Positions 37,501 through 49,500 of a stretch of DNA of 64,000 nucleotides are shown piece after piece (positions within the stretch are counted from its first letter, which is position 1; every line of letters starts with the position of its first letter). Source of the DNA: Parcubacteria group bacterium (GTDB taxonomy: Bacteria; Patescibacteriota; Minisyncoccia; Moranbacterales; UBA2206); contig JBAZYF010000001.1 of NCBI GenBank assembly GCA_041659505.1, forward strand, positions 189,274 through 253,273, given 5' to 3'. The notes under the pieces are model-generated. The model was given only the letters and a program-made list of their open reading frames with translations. It searched no databases and was not told where the DNA came from. A program made the position numbers and the translations under genes.

Positions 37501-40500
37501 AAATCCTAATGCATTGTTAGAGCCAGTAAGAAACAAGCCTGTTGATTGTCCATTGGAAAAAGTATAGCTTGGCGATGCAGGGCCACCATTAGCATTCATA
37601 ATGTAGGAATTTACCGTAAGATTTGAATTTATAAAAGTAGCGCCACCTACATGCAATTTATACGTTGGATCAGTCGTCCCAATACCAATGTTGCCATTGC
37701 TTAAAATAACCATGCTTCTTGTCGGGATATAATCAACACCACTGGTTAGACCAGAGTTGTTCCAAAATTCAGTTCCTCCATTTTGATTAAAGTTAATTCC
37801 AGATGCCGCTGAATAATTTGGTGTAAAGTTTAGATTTGAATGATAGTAGGCATTGTTTCCAATAAAACTTCCAACGCTATCATACACAGAGCCAATCCAT
37901 AATTGCTGCAATGAGTTTGTGTTCCAAAGACGCAGTTGTTTGTAGTCCGTGTTTTGGAGGTCTAATCTTGTTGCTGGACTCGTCGTCCCAATTCCCACAT
38001 TCGTCCCATTGTCATACAGCACCCCAGTGGAAAGATTATTCGCTCCTGTCCAGCGGGCGACATAATTTTGCGTGCCGGTGCCGAGGGCCACTGTGCCGTC
38101 GGCGTTTGGCAAGGTGTAGGTTCTGGCTTGAGTAAGATCAGCAATTGTCAGTTGACCTCTACCATCGGCGTCGTAGAAATAGAGTTGGGTGCCAGCTGTG
38201 CCGGAAGCGGTGAAGGCGTCGCCTCCTGTTACATTGCCAATGGCGGTGATATCGCCTGCTCCGCTGATGCCGTTTACGGTTTTCCATTCCAAAACGCCAC
38301 TTCCATTGGAAACCAAAACTTGATCAGGATCACCGTCATTGACCGGAAAAGTGTAGATCGTATTTTGCGTCATTGAGGCGCTGGGTTGCAAGGTCAAAGT
38401 ATAGTCCGTCGCACCGACTTCGCTGTAGAGCGCGAGGCTTCCTGTGATTCCAGCGTTGCCGATTTGCATGCGCGCTGTGCTCGTGTCGATGCCAAAAATT
38501 GAATTAGCCAAAGTTGTTCCGCCGATAGCAAAGTCGCTGGCGGTGTCCGTGAGATAGGAAAGGCTCGGCGTACCAACCACGCGCGTCCAATCGCTTGATC
38601 CGGCAGTGGCTTCCGCCCAGCGCGGATTGACGCCGACACCTCTGGTTTGGAGATAATAACCGTCTGTTCCGGCGGGCAAATTGACCCAGCTCGTTCCGTT
38701 GTAATAAAGCACATCGCCTTGCGCGGGAGTGCTTGGCGCGACGAGATAGCTATTAGTATCAAAGCCCATCACTCCGCCACTGGTCATGCTCAAAAGATAG
38801 GTGGCAATGGGTTCGTCGGAAGGCAGATAGAAATGGGCGGAAGAAGTCATCGCACTGTTGGGGGAAAGGGTGGCGGAATAATCCAAGGCGCCTTGTTCGC
38901 TATAGAAACTTAAAGCTCCACTGGTGCCAGCCATTCCCAATGTCGGCGTGTGGGTAATTGACCAAGTGCCGGCGGTGAGCATCGGCATACCGCTGGAAGA
39001 TGCCGTGTCGATGCCAGTGCCTCCGCGCGATGTGGCCAGTTGCGGTTCAGCGGTGAGGGCGTTGGCTCCGCTCCAATAAGCAACCGATCCGGCAGTGCCT
39101 GATCCGGAAATAGCTCCCGCCGCGCCCCAAGTAGTAATGCAGCTGGTGCCATTGCCGAGGCACAGTCCCGCAAATTCGCCATAACCGGCGGTCACGACTT
39201 TGTCATAAGTAGAAATTCCACCAGTGATGCGTAAATTTCCGACTGTGCCGGCATCGGAAAAAGAAGCCAAAAGATTGGTACCATCGGTCAATTCAAGATT
39301 ACCGGAAGTACCGTTATAGCTGGTCGAAAAATTACCATCTGCGCCATAACGCAAAGCTGTGTTGTCCGCGAGCGTCCAAACTCCGCTGATGTTTTCGCTG
39401 TCTGCATCGAAGATATAGGCTTCGATTTTGTTTTCCAAATTCGCTTCCGTCGCTACGCCCGTGCCTCCAGTTGCGACGCCAAGAGTGGCATTGATTGACC
39501 AAGTTCCACTAGAAAGCGTCGGCACGCCGGTCGCACTGCCGGTGTTGAGGCCCGTTCCGCCATTGCCCGCACCCAAAAGTCCCGTCACATCCGTGGCCAG
39601 ATCAATCGCATTTCTGGTGAGCACTTGATTACCATCAAGGGTGATGTAGTCCAGTGTTCCCGCGAGTGTAAGCGCGGTGTGGATGTCGGTGGTGTAGGCC
39701 ACTGTTCCGCCTTCGTTTTTGAACACGATGTCACGATCAGCGGTCGGATTGGTGATGATGAAGCGCGTTTCAAAATTATCATCCGCTCCCGAACCTTCAA
39801 AGGTGATTGTTTGCGTATCGGAGTAGTTGGCATCGGCCAGGTTGAAATAGAAAGCGGAAGAATTGACCGCGCTTCCGCCAATCATTAGGCTGTCTGCGGT
39901 ATCGGTAAGAAAAGTAAAGGCGCCTCCGTCTGACCATTTCGACCCCCCACTTCCTCCATCATTCACAATCCAAGTAAACCCACCACCAGAATTATAGCTC
40001 AAAACATAACCGGCTGTTGGGCCGTTGGTGGCGCTCAAATCCGCTTCGGCAATCGTGCTGTCGCTGATTTCTGAGGAACCGATGGCATCTGATTGAATCG
40101 TGGCGACACCTAAGTTACTGATGAGCATATCTCCGCTCATAGAACGGAAAGTTGGCACACCAGTCGCTCCGGCAATGAGCAGTTGGGCGTCGGTGCCGGC
40201 CGTCGTCATTCCGACTGCACTGGCTCCCAGACCATAAAGGACACCGTTCGTGGTGAGCGTGGAGCGACCGGTTCCGCCATCAGCCACGGAAATGTCGGTG
40301 CCACCGGCGCGGTAGATGTAGCTCGAACCGATGGTTACGGCGGTTGGGATGTCAGTGGCAATCGAAGGCACGCCCGATCCGTTAGTCACGAGTAGTCCAT
40401 TATTGCCGGAAGTCACGCCAGAAAGGGCGTTAGTGCCAGACCAATAGGCCAGTTGATTAGCCACGCCGGTGCCCAGAGCGACTGAGCCTGTGGCATTGGG

Positions 40501-43500
40501 GAAAGTGTAAGTTTGATTGGCGCTGAGATCTGCCACGTCTAATGTTCCATAAAAAGTATCACCGGTGGATTCCATAATTTGCAGTTCACTGCCGGCATTA
40601 GCGAGCACAATGTCAAAGGCGCCGGCTTGCGTCCAATTGGAAGTCAAACTGCCTAAAGCCAAGGTGAGTGTCGCACCTTCGCTGCCGCCGTTGGCGCCGG
40701 TGATTCCATTGCCGTTAGTGAGCGTTGCCACGTAGTTGCCGGTGGTATCGGTGGTCAGTGCGACAGAATTAGATTGAATTGTGGCGGTGCCAGTGTCAGT
40801 CAGATTTATGTCTCCACTAACTGATTGGAAAGTCGGTGTTCCGGTTGCTCCGGCAATGAGGATTTGTCCGCTCGTACCGGCGCTGGTCATTCCCACGGCA
40901 CTCGAACCGAGGCCATAAATAACGCCGTTATTGGTGAGAGTCGAGCGACCGGTTCCGCCGTTACTCACCGGTAGTGTGCCTGTGACATCAGTTGTGAGAT
41001 CAATCGCTCCGCGCGTAAGCACTTGATTACTGTCCAGCGTGAGATAGTCCAGTGTTCCGGCCAGGGTGACGGAATTGTGGAGATCAGTTGTGAGAGCGAT
41101 GGTGCCGGAGGCGTTGGGGAAATTAATCGCTCGATCAGCGGTTGGATCAAGCACACCGACGGTTGTTTCATAAGCGTCCGGAGTGGCTCCTTCGAAAGTG
41201 AACGTAGAAGCGCTAATATCAAAGAAAAATCCAGTATCTGCCGTGCTTCCGCCGATAAGCAGGTTATTTGTCGTCGCAGTAAGATAGGTAAAACCACTGC
41301 CGGAATCAGTCCATTTCGACCCCCCACTTCCTCCATCATTCACAATCCAAGTAAACCCACCACCAGAATTATAGCTCAAAACATAACCGGCTGTTGGGCC
41401 GTTGGTGGCGCTCAAATCCGCTTCGGCAATCGTGCTGTCGCTGATTTCTGAGGAACCGATGGCATCTGATTGAATCGTGGCGACACCTAAGTTACTGATG
41501 AGCATATCTCCGCTCATAGAACGGAAAGTTGGCACACCAGTCGCTCCGGCAATGAGCAGTTGGGCGTCGGTGCCGGCCGTCGTCATTCCGACTGCACTGG
41601 CTCCCAGACCATAAAGGACACCGTTCGTGGTGAGCGTGGAGCGACCGGTTCCGCCATCAGCCACGGAAATGTCGGTGCCACCGGCGCGGTAGATGTAGCT
41701 CGAACCGATGGTTACGGCGGTTGGGATGTCAGTGGCAATCGAAGGCACGCCCGATCCGTTAGTCACGAGTAGTCCATTATTGCCGGAAGTCACGCCAGAA
41801 AGGGCGTTAGTGCCAGACCAATAGGCCAGTTGATTAGCCACGCCGGTGCCCAGAGCGACTGAGCCTGTGGCATTGGGGAAAGTGTAAGTTTGATTGGCGC
41901 TGAGATCTGCCACGTCTAATGTTCCATAAAAAGTATCACCGGTGGATTCCATAATTTGCAGTTCACTGCCGGCATTAGCGAGCACAATGTCAAAGGCGCC
42001 GGCTTGCGTCCAATTGGAAGTCAAACTGCCTAAAGCCAAGGTGAGTGTCGCACCTTCGCTGCCGCCGTTGGCGCCGGTGATTCCATTGCCGTTAGTGAGC
42101 GTTGCCACGTAGTTGCCGGTGGTATCGGTGGTCAGTGCGACAGAATTAGATTGAATTGTGGCGGTGCCAGTGTCAGTCAGATTTATGTCTCCACTAACTG
42201 ATTGGAAAGTCGGTGTTCCGGTTGCTCCGGCAATGAGGATTTGTCCGCTCGTACCGGCGCTGGTCATTCCCACGGCACTCGAACCGAGGCCATAAATAAC
42301 GCCGTTATTGGTGAGAGTCGAGCGACCGGTTCCGCCGTTACTCACCGGTAGTGTGCCTGTGACATCAGTTGTGAGATCAATCGCTCCGCGCGTAAGCACT
42401 TGATTACTGTCCAGCGTGAGATAGTCCAGTGTTCCGGCCAGGGTGACGGAATTGTGGAGATCAGTTGTGAGAGCGATGGTGCCGGAGGCGTTGGGGAAAG
42501 TGTAAGTTTGATTGGCGCTCAAGTCGCCCACGTCCACTGTGCCATAATAGGTGTTGCCAGATGATTCCATAATTTGCAATTCACTGCCCGCGTTGCCCAA
42601 GATTATATCAAAAGCACCCGACTGATTCCAATTAGCGGTGAGATTACTCAAAGCCAAAGTTAAGGTTGCGCCTTCACTGCCAGCGGAACCGCCGGTCAGG
42701 CCATTACCACTGGCGACTGTGGCCACATAGTTTCCAGTTGTCTGCGTCGTGAGTGCGATGCGATCCGCTCCGACTGAGGCCACACCCGCCGCGCTGATCG
42801 TCACATCCCCACTCATCGTCACAAAAGTCGGCACACCAGTCGCGTTAGCCACTAAAAATTGCGTTTCTGTTCCAGCCGTCGTCGCTTGAAGCGCGCCTGT
42901 TCCATTGCCATAGAGCACGCCGTTGGTTGCATAAGTTCCCGCTCCGGTGCCTCCGCGCGTCACACTCAAATACTGTTCCGCCGCCAGAGAACTGGCTCCC
43001 GTCCAATAGGTCGCGTAGCCATTGGTGCCAGTGCCAGTCACTCCGCCCACGCCGGAAACCGAACTCCAAGAGAGCGCACCGTTGCCGTCCGTGATTAAAA
43101 CTTGCTGATTGATTCCGTCATCGGCCGGCATAGTCAGTGTCACATCTTGCGTCATCGCCGGATTTGGCGCAATAGCCAGCGTGTGATCAGTCGCGCCTTG
43201 CTCACTATATATAGTGAGCGATCCGCTTGTGGCATCTGCTCCTAATTGAATTGTCGCATCCAGATCCAGTGTTGTTCCGGTCAAGTTCAGATTGCCCGAA
43301 TTGGCGGTGATCCAAGCGATAGAACTATTGGAATCATCCCAGAACATTAGACGGTCGGCGTTGGGGTCGGTGAGATTCGCTCCAGTTCCTCCGCGCGACA
43401 TTGCGAGTTGATTTTCATAAGCCAGTGTGTTGTCATCAAGCCAATAAGCGGCCGAATTGGCAAAACCGGTGCCATCAAGCGCGCCCACACCGGAAACTGA

Positions 43501-46500
43501 ACTCCAAGTCAGGGCGCCGGCACCATTCGTAATCAGCACTTGACTAGCATCACCATCATTAGCTGGAAGGGTGAAGGTAACGTTTTGCGTCATTGCTCCG
43601 TTTGGTTGTAATTTGACAGAATAATCTGTTGTTCCTTGTTCACTATATAGGGTAAGGTCACCACTCGTACCATTGGAACCAAGCGTGACAGAAGAAGCCA
43701 GGTCAAACACTGTGCCGGTGATGTTAAGGTTAGCAGCGCCGGAAAGCCAAGCGATAGAACTATTGGAATCATCCCAGAACATTAGACGGTCGGCGTTGGG
43801 GTCGGTGAGCGAGGCTCCCGTTCCACCGTCAGCCAGTGACACATCCGTTCCGCCAGCGCGATAGATATAGCCCGAACCGATCGTGACGGCGGTGGGCAAA
43901 TCCGTACTAATTGAAGGCGCGCCACCGGCACCAGTGACCAAAATTCCGTCGTTCGCGGTGGCAATGCTCGAGAGCGTGTTCGCCGAAGTTGTATAAAGAA
44001 TAGTGTTTACTCCGCCAAAAGTTCCCACACCAGTGCCTCCGCGCACCACACTCACATATTGTTCCGCCAAAAGCGTGTTAGCATCTGACCAATAAGCCGG
44101 ATAACCGGCAGTTCCGATGCCTAATGCAACAGTTCCGGAAACATTAGGAAAGGTGTATGTCTGATCAGCGCTCAAATTTGCTACATCAAAAATTCCGTAA
44201 TATAGCCCGCCGATTGATTCCATAATTTTCAATTCAGACGAGGCATTGGCTAAAACTAAATCATAGGCGCCACCTTGGCTCCAATCAGCCGTTAGATTGC
44301 TCAGCGCCAACGTCAGAGTTGCCCCCTCACTCCCGCCATTAGCACCAGCTATTCCATTGCCATTGCTCAAGGAAAGGACATAATTGCCTGTCGTGTCACT
44401 GCCCAGCGCCACAGCGTCCGGTTGGATTGTCGCCACACCCAAATCTGTCAGATTAATGTCCCCGCTCACCGAACGGAAAACTGGTGTGCCGGTTGCTCCA
44501 GCGATAATAAGCTGTCCACTGGTTCCCGCTGTGCTCGCACTGATTCCACTGGTGCCATTGCCATAGAGTACGCCATTGGTAGCAAAAGTGATCTGTCCTG
44601 TTCCGCCGTTGCCCACTGGCAGTGTGCCGGTCACGTCGGTGGCAAGATCAATGGCACTTCTAGTAATGACTTGATTGCCATCAATTGTGAGATAGTCTAA
44701 TGTTCCGCCCAAGGTCGCAGAGTTGTGTAAATCAGAGGTAAGGGCAACTGTGCCGGAAGCGTTGGGGAAATTAATCGCTCGATCAGCCGTTGGATCAAGC
44801 ACACCTAGCGTTGTTTCATAAGCATCCGGAGTGGCTCCTTCCAAAGTTAAGGTAGAGGCGCTGATATCAAAGAAGAATCCTGTATCCGTTGCGCTTCCGC
44901 CGATAACCAGGTCATTTGTCGTTGTGGTGAGATAGGTAAACGTTCCCGTGTCTGTCCATTTGGAAGAACCCGAGCCACCCGTTTCTGGCGACCAATGCAT
45001 CTGACCGCCGACATATTTCAAAATCAAGCCTTCTCCGGCGGCATTGTCAAAATTAATGTCCCCTTCGGCGATACTGCTGTCGATAATTTCCGCGCTACCC
45101 ACCGCACTATTAGCAATTGTCGCCGTTCCATTGGCGATAATGGTTACATCTCCGCCTAGCGTCACAAAAGCTGGAATACTGCTGGCATTAGCAATGAGGA
45201 TTTGTCCCGATGATCCGGCCGCGGTGATTTGCATTGCTCCGACTCCATTGCCATAAACAATTCCATTGGGCGTGAAAGTAGTCGCGCCGGTTCCGCCGTT
45301 GGCCACTGGGAGCGTACCAGTCACATGGCTAGCCAGATCAATTTGAGCAAAGGTAATCGCTTGACCGATGATTGACGCATAGGTTTGGCCGGCGAGCGTG
45401 ACTGGGGCGTGGATGTCGCTAGTCAAAGCTAGTGTGCCAGAGGTATCGGGGAAAGTATAGGTGCGGTTAGCACTCAAGTCGCCCACATCTACTGTGCCAT
45501 AGAACGCTCCGCCATTGGATTCCATGATTTGCAATTCACTGCCGGCATTAGCGAGTACGATGTCAAATGCGCCGGTTTGGTTCCAATTGGAGGTTAAATT
45601 ACCTAGCGCCAACGTCAGAGTTGCCCCCTCACTCCCGCCATTAGCACCAGCTATTCCATTGCCATTGCTCAAGGAAAGGACATAATTGCCTGTCGTGTCA
45701 CTGCCCAGCGCCACAGCGTCCGGTTGGATTGTCGCCACACCCAAATCTGTCAGATTAATGTCCCCGCTCACCGAACGGAAAACTGGTGTGCCGGTTGCTC
45801 CAGCGATAATAAGCTGTCCACTGGTTCCCGCTGTGCTCGCACTGATTCCACTGGTGCCATTGCCATAGAGTACGCCATTGGTAGCAAAAGTGATCTGTCC
45901 TGTTCCGCCGTTGCCCACTGGCAGTGTGCCGGTCACGTCGGTGGCAAGATCAATGGCACTTCTAGTAATGACTTGATTGCCATCAATTGTGAGATAGTCT
46001 AATGTTCCGCCCAAGGTCGCAGAGTTGTGTAAATCAGAGGTAAGGGCAACTGTGCCGGAAGCGTTGGGGAAATTAATCGCTCGATCAGCCGTTGGATCAA
46101 GCACACCTAGCGTTGTTTCATAAGCATCCGGAGTGGCTCCTTCCAAAGTTAAGGTAGAGGCGCTGATATCAAAGAAGAATCCTGTATCCGTTGCGCTTCC
46201 GCCGATAACCAGGTCATTTGTCGTTGTGGTGAGATAGGTAAACGTTCCCGTGTCTGTCCATTTGGAAGAACCCGAGCCACCCGTTTCTGGCGACCAATGC
46301 ATCTGACCGCCGACATATTTCAAAATCAAGCCTTCTCCGGCGGCATTGTCAAAATTAATGTCCCCTTCGGCGATACTGCTGTCGATAATTTCCGCGCTAC
46401 CCACCGCACTATTAGCAATTGTCGCCGTTCCATTGGCGATAATGGTTACATCTCCGCCTAGCGTCACAAAAGCTGGAATACTGCTGGCATTAGCAATGAG

Positions 46501-49500
46501 GATTTGTCCCGATGATCCGGCCGCGGTGATTTGCATTGCTCCGACTCCATTGCCATAAACAATTCCATTGGGCGTGAAAGTAGTCGCGCCGGTTCCGCCG
46601 TTGGCCACTGGGAGCGTACCAGTCACATGGCTAGCCAGATCAATTTGAGCAAAGGTAATCGCTTGACCGATGATTGACGCATAGGTTTGGCCGGCGAGCG
46701 TGACTGGGGCGTGGATGTCGCTAGTCAAAGCTAGTGTGCCAGAGGTATCGGGGAAAGTATAGGTGCGGTTAGCACTCAAGTCGCCCACATCTACTGTGCC
46801 ATAGAACGCTCCGCCATTGGATTCCATGATTTGCAATTCACTGCCGGCATTAGCGAGTACGATGTCAAATGCGCCGGTTTGGTTCCAATTGGAAGTCAGG
46901 CTATCCAGCGCAAACGACGCCGTCCAACCTTCTCCGGCCACGCCGGAAATGGCAATTCCATTGCCACTTGTTGCACCGAGCAGATAATTTCCCACCGTGT
47001 CAGTTCCTAGTGCGACTGAATTGGGCTGAATCGTTGACGCGCCCGAAGCCGCAATAAAAACATCGCCGGTCATTGGCACAAATACTGGCACCCCGCTGGA
47101 ATTGGCCACGACAAACTGCGCTTCCGTTCCTGCTGCTGTAATGTTAATTCCACTCGTGCCATTACCGTAGAGAATGCCGTTGGTGGCAAAAGTCGCTCTG
47201 CCTGTTCCACCGTTGCTGATTGGCAACGTACCCGTCACATCAGTTGTCAAATCAATCTGCCCGCGCACTATGTCTTGCCCGGCAAGCGTGATGTAGTCAT
47301 AAAGACCGCTCACACTCAAATTCGTCTGAGTAATAATTGTTTGCCCGGTGCCATTGCCAATCACCAATTGATCATTGTCCACGTCCCATTCAATCCGGCC
47401 TTCAGCGGTTGGTGTCGGCGTGGCTGATTGAACCAGTGTAAGATTTGATCCGGAAATCGTTCCGCCGGAAATCGTCAGCGCATCAGAAACATAGGCATCC
47501 GTAACAGGAGTCGCATTCCAGATACCGGCCGTCACTGTTCCCAGCGAACTGATAGTTGATGTATTGCGCCATTGTAAAGCAGATCCGGTATTGCTCAAAA
47601 ATTGACCCGCTGATCCAACAGCCATTCTTTGCCATTTGATGATTCCCCCGCCTTGATTAGTTCCCACAATCATATCGCCCTCCAAAGGCGAAGCAGCCAC
47701 GACATCCGGATGAGAAAGCGAAAGTAAATTATGCGCTCCGACAAAGGGGGAATTTTGCCAGCCAGGCGCTCCGCCCAAAACACCAAAAATTTGTCCGTTC
47801 GATCCAATCGGCAAACGTGTCAGCGCTCCGCCGGAAGAATAATATAGCAGATCGCCTGGAACATAACTAGACAGTCCTGTTCCGCCATTGCCAGTTGGCA
47901 ATGTGCCCGTCACATCCGTGCCTAAATCAATCGCGTTTAGTGTAAGCACTTGATTGGCATCGATTGAGAGATAATCCAAAGAACCAGCCAACGTGACTGC
48001 GCTGTGACCAAGTGCCGACAAATTACCCCATGCCGGTGTACCATCGGCAGAAATTGATAATACTTGGCCGATTGTTCCCGCGGATATCTTAGAGAAAGTT
48101 GAGCCGGAAGAATAATACAGCATATCGCCGGAAGTAAAAGCAGAAAGTCCCGTGCCTCCACTGGCAATTGGCAAAATGCCTTGCGTTTCGCTTGCCAGAT
48201 CAACTTTTCCGACCGTGAATTTTTGGCCAGAAAGCGTGAGAAACTTGGAGCCGGAAATGGTAAATTTCAAACGTTTGTCGTTGCCCAAAAGTAGCTGATT
48301 ACTCCCCGTTCCGGTTGGCAAATTGGAAATGGCAATTTTGCCTTGCGCGTCCAGAGCAACAATGTCCCCGGCCGAGACGCCAACTTTTTTGCCATTGAGG
48401 AGCAGTGAATTTCCGGCATTGAGCGCATAAAGCGGAGTGGCCAGTCTTTTTCTCGGTGCCATCTCGCTATCCTCTCCCACGCGGATGCCCAAAAAGAACT
48501 GACCAGCTTGGATGGTTGTGAAAATTGGCAAGTCAGTGACTTGTCCCAGGTTAACGCGGAAAATACCATCCTTAACCGTGACAGTTTGCGTTTCTTCCCA
48601 AACGCGATTGGCGCTGTCTGTGTCGGAAGGATAAGCGTCAATTTGGGTGCGATCTGTGTCATAGATGGCAAAACGCACAGCATAGCTTCCGTCCTCTACT
48701 TGCCCGTTGGCGCCGGAAAGCGCTCCGGTCAATTGAATAATTCTCGGTTTTGTGACAATGGTTGTCGCGTCACTCGCATTTTGCGTCGTCGTATTGTCCG
48801 ACGCAACAATCGCTTCCGCCAAAACCATTTCTTGTCCTCCTTCGCTAAAGCTACGGCGTGACGAGCCCGAATTGGATTTGGCAATAGTTTTTTCATCTCC
48901 CATCGGCGCATACGCCAAATCTTGTCCCCCTGCCAAATTTCCTTCGCTACGCTGAAGCTCTTTGACACGCCGTAGTTCATCAACGGAGGAGGTTAGCGAA
49001 AGCGAGGCCAACTGATATTTTTCCGGCAAAGCGTAGGCCACTGTCGCGAAAAGCAAAATAATTCCAACCACCAAAGCCGGATATTTAGCATTGACAAGAA
49101 TTAAATTTTTCTTGGCTCGGAGTGCCAGAGAATTTTCTTGCCTTTTTTCTTTCGAAGCCAATTCAAAATTATGCGCGGATTTTTCTTTTTTGACAGAAAG
49201 ATTTTTTTTGCCTTTGAAAAAAATTGAAATTATTTTTTCTGATGATTTTAGTAATTTTAGATTCGCAAAAATTTGGCGGATAATTTTTAGCAAAAACCAA
49301 GCCAGAAAAATACCGGAAATCAGAACCGCAAATGAGACTGCAAGTTGTTCAATCAGCACCAAATCTAGTTTTTCGCCGGAAAAAATCGCACCGGCAAAAA
49401 TGGCTTGTTTGCGGGAATTTTTACCCGTGCAGACGAGGCAGTGCCTCGTCTCTGCCGCTTTTTTGCCACCACAAATAGCCCTTTCCCAAACTTGGGTTAA

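Noticed and set aside
2367-48955. Dozens of 60-190-aa plus-strand ORFs (and short minus-strand ORFs) nested inside the LamG and giant genes, e.g. 2706..3269, 9158..9352, 40183..40395, 45724..46002
   Set aside because: They lie antisense or out of frame within long, clearly coding, repeat-rich genes. Their duplication merely mirrors the DNA repeats. None has a motif, RBS or plausible start.
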